Below are positions 9,428 to 19,330 of a stretch of DNA of 64,000 bases, piece after piece. The stretch covers positions 48,854-112,853 of the forward strand of contig CACNEM010000003.1 of NCBI GenBank assembly GCA_902619495.1, given 5' to 3'. The DNA is from an uncultured Pelagibacteraceae bacterium. GTDB lineage: Bacteria; Pseudomonadota; Alphaproteobacteria; Pelagibacterales; Pelagibacteraceae. Below the pieces are notes generated by a model. It saw only the letters and a program-made list of their open reading frames with translations, was not told the DNA's origin and made no database searches. Position 1 is the stretch's first letter, and every line of letters begins with the position of its first letter. The translations under genes were made by a program, and so were the position numbers.

Positions 9428-10312
9428 ATGATTAAAAAAGGAGTATACGCAGCAGGATTAAGCGTTCTGAATGTCGACAGAACATTGAATATTGATGCAA
9501 CAATTAATCATGCAAGCCAAGCTATTCAAAATGGTTTACATGGAGTTTTCTTTTTTGGGTCAACAGGACAAAGCCAATTAATTTCCTCAAATGAAAAGAG
9601 AGAACTTATAGCTAAAACTGCAAGCCATAAATTAAGAAAACAATTTTTTTTAGGGACGGGAAATAATTCTCTAAATGAAAACATTGATCTAATTAGGTAT
9701 GCGATGGAATATGACTTTAGAGAATTTTTAATTATGCCTCCAGCATATTATAAAGGTAATACTGATGAGGGGGTTTTTGAATTCTATTCAAGATTAATTA
9801 ACGCTCTCCCCAAGGTCAAAATTATTCTCTATAATTTTGAAAAATTAAGCGGATACAAGTTCTCAGTGGAAATGATAACTAAACTTGTTGAAACATTCCC
9901 AGAAAATATAATTGGATGTAAAGACTCTAGTTATAATTTATTTGAAAAATTAAAATTACCAAAGTTTTTAATGTTTCCTGGATCAGAGGCAAAACTTTTA
10001 AAAGGATTAGAGCTTGGTTGTTCAGGCTGTATATCAGCAGTAACTAATGTTACTCATACTTTAGCTAGAAAAGTGTTTGATGATTTTGAAAAAAAAATTT
10101 CACAAAGTAAAAATGAGCAATTAGTTAATGTTAGAGAAACATTTGATCAATATAATTTGATATCAGCTTTGCATAGTTTTCTTTCGATAAAAGATGAGAA
10201 TTATAAGAATATATTACCTCCACTAACTTTGTTAAGTAAGGAAAAACAAAAAGAGCTTATTGAAAAATTAAATAAACTTAAATTTATTACTGAAAAAAAC
10301 TTAGCAGCTTAA
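9428..10312 (+). CDS. dihydrodipicolinate synthase family class I aldolase
   Basis: GSTGQ, PPAYY, ILYN, GCKDSS Schiff-base Lys; ATG 9428 preferred as start. Confidence 0.85.
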   Translation: MIKKGVYAAGLSVLNVDRTLNIDATINHASQAIQNGLHGVFFFGSTGQSQLISSNEKRELIAKTASHKLRKQFFLGTGNNSLNENIDLIRYAMEYDFREFLIMPPAYYKGNTDEGVFEFYSRLINALPKVKIILYNFEKLSGYKFSVEMITKLVETFPENIIGCKDSSYNLFEKLKLPKFLMFPGSEAKLLKGLELGCSGCISAVTNVTHTLARKVFDDFEKKISQSKNEQLVNVRETFDQYNLISALHSFLSIKDENYKNILPPLTLLSKEKQKELIEKLNKLKFITEKNLAA

Positions 10313-10313
10313 C

Positions 10314-11519
10314 ATGATATTAGCTAGAATATTTACAAAAATATTTAAAGAAGGTGGAATAATTTTAATAGATGCAAAAGGTCAAAAGTACATTTGCGGA
10401 AAACCTACAACTGAAAAACCAATTACAGTAAAATTACTTAAAGATGACTTAAATTGGAAATTATTGTTAGATCCAGAACTTGAATTTCCAGAAGCATACA
10501 TGAGAAATGAAATTAAAATAGAAAATGCATCGATGAAAGACTTTTTAATGGAACTTATTAAAAATTTAGGTCGCGGTGAAATTTCAACAACAAGTCTAAT
10601 TACAAAAAAAATATACCAAACATGGAGAACTATAACTAATTTTAATTTACCAGGTAAATCAAGAAAAAATGTTGAACATCATTATGATATTGGTGGAGCA
10701 AGAGGCGAAAAACTCTACGATATTTTTTTAGACAAAAAACATAGACTATATTCCTGCGCGTATTGGAAAAATGACACTAAAACTTTAGAGGAAGCCCAAC
10801 AAAACAAAATAGATCATATTGTAAAAAAATTAGACATAAAAGAAGGACAAAAAATTTTAGAAGTTGGCTGTGGTTGGGGCGGCATGGCTTTTGAAATAGC
10901 TAAACAAAAGGGATGTGAAGTAACTGGAATTTCTTTAAGTAAAAATCAAATAGAATATTGTAAACGAAAAGCAAAAGAACTTAATTTAGATAATCAAGTA
11001 AAATTTGAACTTAAAGATTATAGGGAGGAAAAGGGGAGGTATGATCGAATTTTTTCTGTAGGAATGTTCGAGCATGTTGGTAGAAAATTTTATAATACCT
11101 TTTTTAAATCAATGAACAAACTTCTGAAAGATGATGGGATTTTCTTATTACACACTATAGGAGTAGTAGATAAACCCACACCATCGAATAAATTTATCCA
11201 AAAGTATATATTTCCAGGAGGTATTTGCCCTTCTTTCAGTCAAATAATAAATCCGATTGAAAAAACTGGTTTAATTGTTGCAGACTCAGAAACGTTAATT
11301 AGACACTACGATAAAACATTAGAAAGTTGGTTAGAGCGATTTTTAGAAAGAAAAAAAGAGGTGAAAGATTTATTTGATGAAAAATTTGTGAAAATGTGGG
11401 AATTTTATATGGCAAGTTGTGCAGCAGCGTTTAGATATAGAGATCTAGTTGTTTTTCAATTACAAATTGTTAAGAACTTTCAATCAGCCCACCGTACAAG
11501 AGACTATATATATTCATAA
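10314..11519 (+). CDS. cfa: cyclopropane-fatty-acyl-phospholipid synthase family methyltransferase
   Basis: HHYD, YSCAYW, LEVGCGWGG, SVGMFEHVG, YIFPGG, MWEFY. Confidence 0.9.
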   Translation: MILARIFTKIFKEGGIILIDAKGQKYICGKPTTEKPITVKLLKDDLNWKLLLDPELEFPEAYMRNEIKIENASMKDFLMELIKNLGRGEISTTSLITKKIYQTWRTITNFNLPGKSRKNVEHHYDIGGARGEKLYDIFLDKKHRLYSCAYWKNDTKTLEEAQQNKIDHIVKKLDIKEGQKILEVGCGWGGMAFEIAKQKGCEVTGISLSKNQIEYCKRKAKELNLDNQVKFELKDYREEKGRYDRIFSVGMFEHVGRKFYNTFFKSMNKLLKDDGIFLLHTIGVVDKPTPSNKFIQKYIFPGGICPSFSQIINPIEKTGLIVADSETLIRHYDKTLESWLERFLERKKEVKDLFDEKFVKMWEFYMASCAAAFRYRDLVVFQLQIVKNFQSAHRTRDYIYS

Positions 11520-11545
11520 AAAGTGCTATTTAATAAATAGTCATT

Positions 11546-12772
11546 ATGAAAAAGAGTAAAAAAAAACCTTCAAAGTATAAGAAAAAAAACAATAAAAAAC
11601 TCTTAATTCGGAGATCTAAAAATAAAAGAAAAAAAATAAAAAATAAGAAAATTCGAAAAGGTAAAAAATCAACAAGATTAGTAAAGAAAAAAAAAAGAAG
11701 CATTGCAAAAGTAAAATTAAAAAAAAAATTTAAATTAAAGACTCAAATTAAAAACCCACAAAAAACAAGAGCTATAGTTTCAGGCTTATTAAGACTAAAT
11801 GATAAAGTAAAATCTATATTTAGATTTAATATAAATTTAGATCAAACATTACAGACATTTTTCATAGGTATTTCCAATAAAATTTCGGGAATTAAAAAAA
11901 TTATTTTGGAGGAGCGTGAAAAACAAAAGAAATTAAAACTGAAGCTTATGGAACAAGAAAAAAAAGATGCTCAAAAAAGATTACTAGAGCAAGAAAAATT
12001 AGCTTTAGAGGCAAAAAAAAATGAACTCAAAGAAGAACAAAAGCTTGAAAAAGAAAGAAAACAAGATTTACAAAGATTTATAAAATTAGAACAGGCTGAG
12101 CTTAGAAAAGAAAGAGCTGAAAAACAAAGGAAATTTTTAGAACAAATCAAATTAGAGAAAAAAATTGATCTGTTTAGAAAAAGAGAGGAATTAGAAATCA
12201 AAAACCTTGAAAAATATGTTTTAAGTCAACAAAGAGAATCTTACGAAGAAGTTCAAAAACGTATTGACAAAATAAAACAAAAATACAAGTTAATTAGAGA
12301 TCAAAAAATAAATGAAACAATAAGAGAAAGAGTTGCAAGTTTAGGTATTAAAGTAGAAGAGACTGATGATAAAGCAACATTACTAGAAAAAGAGAGAGTT
12401 TATAATGAAGAAAGAGAAAAGATTGAATACGCTCTTGAAAGTTTTTATCGATCAGCTCACAGTTTGTGTTTCCAATTAAATAAAAAATATATTCCAAAAT
12501 ATTTAAGTATCATCAGATGCATTGATAAAAGATTTGAAACAGGAGAAATTTTTATCAAATGGGATGAAACGATTGAAGCTGATTGGTTAATTTTGATTTA
12601 TATAAAAAATAATTCACCAGACGAAGGAATAATAATTGAAGATAAAACAAATCCTGAAAATCACACAACACATGAATTTCAACCAAATGAAATATTTAAA
12701 GCTTCTGATATAATGGTTGATGCATTGACAAAATTATTGGATAACGAGAGAAATAAAAGAAAAGTTAGTTAA
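11546..12772 (+). CDS. hypothetical protein: Lys-rich N-terminus, long coiled coil, globular C-terminus
   Basis: 408-aa ORF; composition visible in the translation. Confidence 0.7.
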   Translation: MKKSKKKPSKYKKKNNKKLLIRRSKNKRKKIKNKKIRKGKKSTRLVKKKKRSIAKVKLKKKFKLKTQIKNPQKTRAIVSGLLRLNDKVKSIFRFNINLDQTLQTFFIGISNKISGIKKIILEEREKQKKLKLKLMEQEKKDAQKRLLEQEKLALEAKKNELKEEQKLEKERKQDLQRFIKLEQAELRKERAEKQRKFLEQIKLEKKIDLFRKREELEIKNLEKYVLSQQRESYEEVQKRIDKIKQKYKLIRDQKINETIRERVASLGIKVEETDDKATLLEKERVYNEEREKIEYALESFYRSAHSLCFQLNKKYIPKYLSIIRCIDKRFETGEIFIKWDETIEADWLILIYIKNNSPDEGIIIEDKTNPENHTTHEFQPNEIFKASDIMVDALTKLLDNERNKRKVS

Positions 12773-13847
12773 TGAGATCTTCCAATTTTTTAATCTCACC
12801 AATTTTAAATATAATTGCTTCGTCTTTTTTGTAGCCAAACTTTTCAGCATTTTCCTTAAACCTTACTGGAGGTTCCCAGATCGGCTCCAAACTTAATATT
12901 GCTGTTCCCCAATGCATTCCTATAACTTTTTTTACTTCTAAGTCTTTCATTAAAGATAAAAGTTCTTCAGGATTTGCGTGAGCTGTAGATTTATCCTTGA
13001 CTGGAACCAGTGGATAGAAATTATAAGCGCCTAAATTTCCAAAACCCAAATCGATAGGACCAAATTTTTTTCCTAATTCCTTATAAAATGGTGCTGGTCC
13101 AGTATCACAAGCAAAAAAGATTTTTTTATCATTGTATTCAATTAAAAAGCTCCCCCAAAGTGATCTATTTGTATTTCCATCTCCCCAGATCCAACGTTTA
13201 GACCAATGTTGACTTGGAAGCATTCTTACTGTGATCTCATCATTAATTTTAATTTTATCAAACCAATCCATTTCTTTAACAGTATCTTTTTTATATCCAT
13301 TTTTTGTGAAATATTTCCCAAGCTTAAGAGGTACAAGAACTTTAGTATTCTTGTAAGGAAAGTTTTTTATCGTACGAATACTCATGTGATCATAATGATT
13401 GTGTGTTAGTAAAAATAAATCTATTTTAGGAAGTTCTTTAAGAGTTAAAGGGGACTCTATGTATTTCTTGGGACCAAATATCATAGGTCCATAATTTTTT
13501 TCAAAAACTGGATCAGTAATAATTGTAGTGTCTCCAAGTTTAATTATAAAGCTAGCGTGATCAAGCCACATCACATATGAGTCGGACTTATATTTTTCAA
13601 GATTCTTTAAAACTATTTTTTTATCAATTACATGTTCAGGTGGATAATCAATCTTAAGTTTCTTTTTCTCCTCCCTAAAAACTTTCCAATCCCATTTAAA
13701 ATTAGGATCTCTTTTTGGGCCTCCCTCAAGGTTTCTAAAAGCATATAATTTTCCGTCTTTATAAATATGATGATAAGGTTTTTTTTCCATAGCATTCAAA
13801 CTAATACTTAATGAAAATAATATACACAGAATAAGGGGTATTCGCAT
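12765..13847 (-). CDS. MBL-fold hydrolase (NAPE-PLD/RomA-like), probably exported
   Basis: WLDHAS, TDPVF, THNHYDH, QHWS.R, LWGSF, CDTG, MHWGT; signal-like N-terminus from ATG 13847. Confidence 0.85.
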   Translation of the reverse strand: MRIPLILCILFSLSISLNAMEKKPYHHIYKDGKLYAFRNLEGGPKRDPNFKWDWKVFREEKKKLKIDYPPEHVIDKKIVLKNLEKYKSDSYVMWLDHASFIIKLGDTTIITDPVFEKNYGPMIFGPKKYIESPLTLKELPKIDLFLLTHNHYDHMSIRTIKNFPYKNTKVLVPLKLGKYFTKNGYKKDTVKEMDWFDKIKINDEITVRMLPSQHWSKRWIWGDGNTNRSLWGSFLIEYNDKKIFFACDTGPAPFYKELGKKFGPIDLGFGNLGAYNFYPLVPVKDKSTAHANPEELLSLMKDLEVKKVIGMHWGTAILSLEPIWEPPVRFKENAEKFGYKKDEAIIFKIGEIKKLEDLIN

Positions 13848-13885
13848 ACCCCTTATTAGCACAGACAATAAAATTTTAAAGGAAA

Positions 13886-14089
13886 TTAAATATCTGAACA
13901 ATTAGATTTATTTATTCTCTTATCAAATGATTTAAGTGCTTCTTTTGAAATGACCCAAACATACGAGCTCTCTTTTAAACCATTCTCATCAGCAGCTGTA
14001 CATCTTTTGCCAAATTTTACTTTGGCCATGTTGCTTCCAGCACAATTAGTCAACATAAGCAACAATATAAAAGTAGATAATATTTTCAT
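13886..14089 (-). CDS. small lipoprotein
   Basis: Signal peptide with LTNC lipobox. Confidence 0.65.
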   Translation of the reverse strand: MKILSTFILLLMLTNCAGSNMAKVKFGKRCTAADENGLKESSYVWVISKEALKSFDKRINKSNCSDI

Positions 14090-14197
14090 GATTAAAATTT
14101 AAAGTTAAAGTCTGTGCTTTGCTTGGCATAATTAAGACCAAAAAAAGAAATTTAAACTTTATTGAATAAGATAAACTTTAGCTTTATGATTGAAATT

Positions 14198-14590
14198 ATG
14201 TCCAAAAGCCACATTTATAAATTGAAAGTTTTTGTTGAAGACGTTGACTTTGGTCGAGTATTTTATTCAAGATATCTTCAGTATATCGAGAGAGCTAGAA
14301 CGGAGCTAATACACGAAAAATTTGGCCTTACTTTAACTCAACTTATGAACGGGCACGATATAATGTTTGTCGTTAGGAAATGCAACATAAAATATCTAAA
14401 ATCAGCAGTTTTTGAAGATAATCTAAGTGTTGAAACAGCTGTTTTAAAAAAAACCAACGTTAGACTAAACTTGCTTCAAGAGGTTAAAAGAGGTGGGGAA
14501 GTTCTTGTTAGTGCAGAAGTGGAACTAGCAGTGGTAGATCGAAGTGGGTCAATAAAAAAACTTTCTAAAGATTTTTTTGCAAAAATTTAA
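14198..14590 (+). CDS. YbgC/FadM-family acyl-CoA thioesterase
   Basis: EDVDFG..FYSRYLQYIERARTE hot-dog fold motif; start uncertain. Confidence 0.85.
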   Translation: MSKSHIYKLKVFVEDVDFGRVFYSRYLQYIERARTELIHEKFGLTLTQLMNGHDIMFVVRKCNIKYLKSAVFEDNLSVETAVLKKTNVRLNLLQEVKRGGEVLVSAEVELAVVDRSGSIKKLSKDFFAKI

Positions 14591-14702
14591 ATTTGGCTAA
14601 GAAGCGCCTAATATCTGCCTAAATTTACGTTATAAACTATATTCAACTCAAGTTTGCAAATTCAGCAATACTCATAGAGTTAAAAATAAATTAAAAGGTA
14701 TT

Positions 14703-14825
14703 ATGAGAATTAAACAAGTAAAAAAAAACAAGCTAAAAACTAACGTTGATAAGAAATTCAAAAAAATCTCTCTATTCGAACTTCAAAATAGTCCAAAATT
14801 TCTAAATTTTAGAGTTCGAGCATAA
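14703..14825 (+). CDS. possible 40-aa basic small protein (MRIKQVKKNK...NFRVRA)
   Basis: Manual translation; AAGG upstream; followed by a terminator. Could instead be non-coding. Confidence 0.4.
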   Translation: MRIKQVKKNKLKTNVDKKFKKISLFELQNSPKFLNFRVRA

Positions 14826-14844
14826 TCTTTCCTCCTAAATAAAT

Positions 14845-14876
14845 CAGTGGCTTAATCTAATTAGGCCATTGTTTTT
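14845..14876 (+). terminator. intrinsic terminator
   Basis: CAGTGGCTTAAT-CTA-ATTAGGCCATTG followed by TTTTT. Confidence 0.7.
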
Positions 14877-14901
14877 ATACCAATAATTGTTAAATTAATC
14901 T

Positions 14902-15387
14902 GTGAAGCGTAATAAACTGAATAATAAAGTTGCAATTATTATGGGATCTCAATCCGATCATTCCATAATGAAAGAATGCGCGAAAATTTTAAAGACTCTC
15001 AAAATTAAATATCAAATTTCAATAGTAAGTGCGCACAGAACACCAAAAAGAATGTTTGAATTTGCAGAGTCAGCATCAAAAAACGGTTTTGGTGTTATTG
15101 TGGCTGGAGCAGGAGGTTCAGCACATTTGCCTGGCATGGTAGCATCTTTATCTTCCTTGCCAGTTATTGGAGTTCCGATAGAAACAAAAAAACTTAAGGG
15201 TTTAGATAGTTTATTATCAATAGTGCAAATGCCGCGAGGTTGTCCCGTAGCCACAATGGCAATTAATGGATCTATGAATGCAGGGTTACTTGCTGCCTCG
15301 ATTATTGGAAATTTTGATGAAAAAATTAAATCAAATTTAGAAAAGTGGAAACGTTTACAAACCAAATCCGTTAAAAAAAAACCATAA
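14902..15387 (+). CDS. purE: N5-CAIR mutase
   Basis: IMGSQSD, SAHRTP, GAGGSAHLPGM, LLSIVQMP. Confidence 0.97.
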   Translation: MKRNKLNNKVAIIMGSQSDHSIMKECAKILKTLKIKYQISIVSAHRTPKRMFEFAESASKNGFGVIVAGAGGSAHLPGMVASLSSLPVIGVPIETKKLKGLDSLLSIVQMPRGCPVATMAINGSMNAGLLAASIIGNFDEKIKSNLEKWKRLQTKSVKKKP

Positions 15388-15391
15388 TTTA

Positions 15392-16435
15392 ATGACAATA
15401 AGCACCTTAGGGATCATTGGTTCAGGTCAACTTGGATTATTACTTTGCCAGGCTGCAAAAAAACTTAATATTAAAACTGTAGTAATATCAGATGATGAAA
15501 ATGGACCTGCCCAAAATTATTCGGATGAATTTATCTGCTCAAAATACGATAACAAAGAAAAGATAAAAGGGTTTGTTAGCAAAGTCGATATTATTACTTA
15601 TGAGTTTGAAAATATTCCAATAAATATTTTAAATGAGATCGATAAAGAAAAAAAAGTCTTACCTAAACCTGAAATAAATAGAATAATTCAAAACAGAAAA
15701 TTAGAAAAAACTTTCGTCAATGACTTAGGTATTAAAACTACAGACTGGGCCTTTATCAAACAGGCTGGAGATGTCGAAAAGAATAAAAACTTATTACCCG
15801 GAATTTTAAAATCAAATACACTTGGTTATGATGGACATGGACAATATGTTTTAAATTCTCTTGATGATGTAAAAAAAAATTGGTGTTTTACAGCTGATTA
15901 TATTTTAGAAAAAAAGGTAAATTTAAAAAAAGAGATATCAGTAGTAATAACAAGATATTTAAATGGTGAAACTTATATTTATGAGCCTATAGAAAATATT
16001 CATAAAGACCAAATCTTAAATCATTCAAAAATCCCTGCAGATATAAATAAAGAAATTTTTATTAAAGCACAGAGTAATGCAAAACTTATTTCAGAAAAAT
16101 TAGATTATGTTGGCACGATGTGTGTTGAATATTTCATCGATCAAGATGATAATTTGTTAGTTAATGAAATTGCTCCAAGAGTCCATAATTCAGGTCACCT
16201 GACAATAAATGCGTTTTCCATAAGCCAATTTTCTGGACATGTTGCAGCTGTGTGTAATCTCGGTGTAAAAAAAGTTGAAAAAATTTCTAACGCTGAAATG
16301 TTTAATGTCTTGGGAAAAGATATCGAGACTTATAGGTCCAAAACATTTAGTAAAAACGAATTTTTTTATGATTACGGGAAAAAATCAATTAAAGATAAAA
16401 GAAAAATGGGACACCTTACGGTTTTAAAAAAATAA
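15392..16435 (+). CDS. purK: N5-CAIR synthetase
   Basis: GSGQLG, TYEFENI, GYDG.GQ, NEIAPRVHNSGH, RKMGH. Confidence 0.95.
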   Translation: MTISTLGIIGSGQLGLLLCQAAKKLNIKTVVISDDENGPAQNYSDEFICSKYDNKEKIKGFVSKVDIITYEFENIPINILNEIDKEKKVLPKPEINRIIQNRKLEKTFVNDLGIKTTDWAFIKQAGDVEKNKNLLPGILKSNTLGYDGHGQYVLNSLDDVKKNWCFTADYILEKKVNLKKEISVVITRYLNGETYIYEPIENIHKDQILNHSKIPADINKEIFIKAQSNAKLISEKLDYVGTMCVEYFIDQDDNLLVNEIAPRVHNSGHLTINAFSISQFSGHVAAVCNLGVKKVEKISNAEMFNVLGKDIETYRSKTFSKNEFFYDYGKKSIKDKRKMGHLTVLKK

Positions 16436-17245
16436 TTATTTTATTGTTATTCTATGCATAACCCTTCTGCAGTTCTTAATTTCACTAGCCATATGCAGAA
16501 TACTTAAATTATCCCAAAGACAGATATCACCTTTTGTCCATTCATATGAAAATATAAAATCTTCTTTATTGACGTGATCTACTAAATAATTTTTTAAATA
16601 TTCAGCTTCGTCTTCCTTTACATTTTTAATCTTCATTAAATGTCCTGGAGATACATAAAGAGTTTTCTTTCCATCTACAGTAATAACTATTGGATGTTCG
16701 GCTTCCATACTTTCTGAAGATTTTATTCCCATTTCTTTTTCTCGTTCGAGTCTGGTTATTGCTATCGGACCTGCCGATGAAAAAACTCCAGTAGCGTCTT
16801 TAATTTTTTCTTTAATGTCGTCTGGTAATTTATCGTAAGCATTAAAGCCAGATGAGAATATAGTATTACCTTGGCCAACTGGTATTTCTATACCCATTAA
16901 CATTGTATATCTAGGTCTATCATTAGCTAAATAACTTGTATCCTGATGAAGCCAGCTAGAGCCGAAACTTAAATTTTTATCATCAGGCTTTCTCTCGATT
17001 ACATTTATAAATGGAAATTTTTCATCTAAACCTTTAAGTCTTGGATACACTACTGGTTGACCTATATTCTTTGCGAAATTTTGATAGGTTTCAGGGTCAA
17101 GATTTTGTTCTTTAATAAATATAACTCCGTACTTGTTTAAAATTTTTTTTATTTCTATTGCCTGATCTTGATCTAGGGATTTTAAATTAACGTCGTTGAT
17201 GTAAGCTCCAACATTATTTTTTCCTGGTGAGACAGATAAATTCAT
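16436..17245 (-). CDS. TauD/TfdA family Fe(II)/2OG dioxygenase
   Basis: WLHQD (HxD), HPIV, WDN..ILH, RVMHRIT. Confidence 0.9.
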   Translation of the reverse strand: MNLSVSPGKNNVGAYINDVNLKSLDQDQAIEIKKILNKYGVIFIKEQNLDPETYQNFAKNIGQPVVYPRLKGLDEKFPFINVIERKPDDKNLSFGSSWLHQDTSYLANDRPRYTMLMGIEIPVGQGNTIFSSGFNAYDKLPDDIKEKIKDATGVFSSAGPIAITRLEREKEMGIKSSESMEAEHPIVITVDGKKTLYVSPGHLMKIKNVKEDEAEYLKNYLVDHVNKEDFIFSYEWTKGDICLWDNLSILHMASEIKNCRRVMHRITIK

Positions 17246-17872
17246 TTAGTTCAAAGGTTTAATTAAAGCAGGGTCATTATTTACTGGATTATTAACATCT
17301 TTTGATATCTCATGAAACTTTAAATTGGGTGGTTTAATAGAGTTTAATATTTCCATAGCATCTTTTTTAATGTTTAAATAATTATTAATCTGGCTTTGAT
17401 TAATAATCATTGGTTCTCTGTGATGGATTGTACTAATTTTTTCAGTTGCTTCTCTTGTAATTATACAAAATTTGTCATTCTGATATATCCCGGCAAAATA
17501 CATCAATTCATCATCCTCTTTTGAAAAGTAATAGGGAGTTTTTGTTTTATCTTCTCTTTTCCATTCATAATACCCATCAGCTGGAATAATACATCTTGAA
17601 GTCTGGATAAGATTCTTAAAAGTAACTTTTTCCATAAGGGTTTCTCTTCTTGCATTGATAAGAGGAGAAAATTTGTCTAATTTTTTAGACCAACTCGGTA
17701 CTAATCCCCACTCATAAAGCTCAAGAGCCTTACCATTTGAATAGGATTTTATTACAGGTAACTTTTGAGTTGGGTGTGCATTATAATTATCTGTGTCTTC
17801 AACCTTTATGTTTGTTTTTACCAAATCAACGGTTTTAGTTACTGGTTTTCGAATATTATATCTTCCACACAT
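17246..17872 (-). CDS. SRAP/YedK (HMCES-like) abasic-site processing protein
   Basis: N-terminal MCGRY, WGLVP.W, INARRET, GYYEW, IHHREP. Confidence 0.92.
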   Translation of the reverse strand: MCGRYNIRKPVTKTVDLVKTNIKVEDTDNYNAHPTQKLPVIKSYSNGKALELYEWGLVPSWSKKLDKFSPLINARRETLMEKVTFKNLIQTSRCIIPADGYYEWKREDKTKTPYYFSKEDDELMYFAGIYQNDKFCIITREATEKISTIHHREPMIINQSQINNYLNIKKDAMEILNSIKPPNLKFHEISKDVNNPVNNDPALIKPLN

Positions 17873-17982
17873 TATTTATTCTTTCTATCTCTTTTAAGCT
17901 TTCTCTTTTCTTTTAAAGATAACTTTGCTTTTTTCATAAAGCTTCTATCTTTTTGACTTTTACCCGAATATCTTTTTGACAT
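17872..17982 (-). CDS. 36-aa basic small protein (MSKRYSGKSQKDRSFMKKAKLSLKEKRKLKRDRKNK)
   Basis: Manual translation. It fills the gap exactly, starting 2 nt after the FAH stop, and its TAA overlaps the SRAP ATG (TAATG). Confidence 0.65.
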   Translation of the reverse strand: MSKRYSGKSQKDRSFMKKAKLSLKEKRKLKRDRKNK

Positions 17983-17984
17983 AC

Positions 17985-18821
17985 TTATTCCTCTATTATT
18001 TCATGAAATTGTTCACCTAGTCCATCTACTTTTAGGTGAAGTTTGTCACCTGCCTTTAGAAATTCAGGTTTTTTCATTTCCATTGCCGTACCCGCAGGTG
18101 TCCCGGTAGTGATAATTGTTCCAGGATACAAAGTCATAAATTGACTTAAATGAGAAATTAAAAAATTGAAATTGAAAATCATTCTTTCTGTATTTCCAGT
18201 TTGTCTTCTGTTGCCATTTACATCTAAAGCTAAATTAATATTGTTTAAATTTTTAATTTCATCTTTGGTTACAAGATAAGGCCCTGTTGGTCCTGCTATA
18301 GATTTACCTTTTATCCATTGACCTCCTCTTTCTTTTTGCCAAGATCTTTCAGATATGTCATTAACAATACAGTAGCCAAATACATAATCTTGAGCATTTT
18401 CCTCTTTAATATATTTGCCTTCTCGACCAATAATCATGCCAACTTCAACCTCGTAATCCATTTTACTAGCAGACTTAGGTTTTATTATTTTATCATTAGG
18501 ACCCTGAATACATCCTGAGCTTTTATTAAAAACAATTGGTTCAGTTGGTAACTTTGATTTGGTGCCTTCTGCATGTGCTTTATAGTTCAAACCTATTGCT
18601 AAAAAATCTACGGGATTTGAGATGCAAGAGCCAATTCTAATGTTTGAGTTAATTTCCTTTAGTTCAGATAATTTTATTCTTTTTAATTTATTTAATGTTT
18701 CTTCACTAATCGTCTGTGGATTTAAATCTTTAATATGATCTGATAAATCCCTAATGACATTATTACTATCTAAGGCAGCAACAATTTCACTTCCTAATTC
18801 ACCAACTCTTAATAATTTCAT
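17985..18821 (-). CDS. fumarylacetoacetate hydrolase family protein
   Basis: IGLNY..H, DYEVE, NDISER, GQW.KGKS, TTGTPAG. Confidence 0.92.
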   Translation of the reverse strand: MKLLRVGELGSEIVAALDSNNVIRDLSDHIKDLNPQTISEETLNKLKRIKLSELKEINSNIRIGSCISNPVDFLAIGLNYKAHAEGTKSKLPTEPIVFNKSSGCIQGPNDKIIKPKSASKMDYEVEVGMIIGREGKYIKEENAQDYVFGYCIVNDISERSWQKERGGQWIKGKSIAGPTGPYLVTKDEIKNLNNINLALDVNGNRRQTGNTERMIFNFNFLISHLSQFMTLYPGTIITTGTPAGTAMEMKKPEFLKAGDKLHLKVDGLGEQFHEIIEE

Positions 18822-18845
18822 TGATTAATTTTATTCTTGGAATTG

Positions 18846-19292
18846 CTATTTTACAAATCTTTTGATTCTTTCTTCAGTAGTCGTTTCAGGACCAGAGTAA
18901 GGTGTTTCGTAACTATTAGTCCTTGTTAGAACATCAATACCCTTAGTAAAAATAAAAATAAAAAAAACAATAAAAAAGACTGCAAATATTTTTGCAGGAT
19001 TATAATTCCCAGATTGAAAAACACTGACTGGTTGTTCTTGTTTTTTGTGAAAAAATTTAAAAGTTAAGTAAACTGCTATGATTAATCCAATATGCGCCAT
19101 AACTACCCCAGCCCAACCGAAAATAAAAGAGGTTACGCTAAATACATAGAGGCTAAATACAGTGGACCAAACAAAAGACAAAACAATTAAAATTTGAAGC
19201 CTTACAGACTTTGGTAAGCTTCTTAAGTCGTTTTTACTATCATCAAACATGATGTTTGCCGCTTCAGTCATCCAATTTTTAAAACTTTCCAT
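18846..19292 (-). CDS. hypothetical membrane protein
   Basis: About 3 hydrophobic segments. Confidence 0.7.
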   Translation of the reverse strand: MESFKNWMTEAANIMFDDSKNDLRSLPKSVRLQILIVLSFVWSTVFSLYVFSVTSFIFGWAGVVMAHIGLIIAVYLTFKFFHKKQEQPVSVFQSGNYNPAKIFAVFFIVFFIFIFTKGIDVLTRTNSYETPYSGPETTTEERIKRFVK

Positions 19293-19330
19293 AACTGCCT
19301 TATATACTTTTTAAATTGAAATTTAAATTA

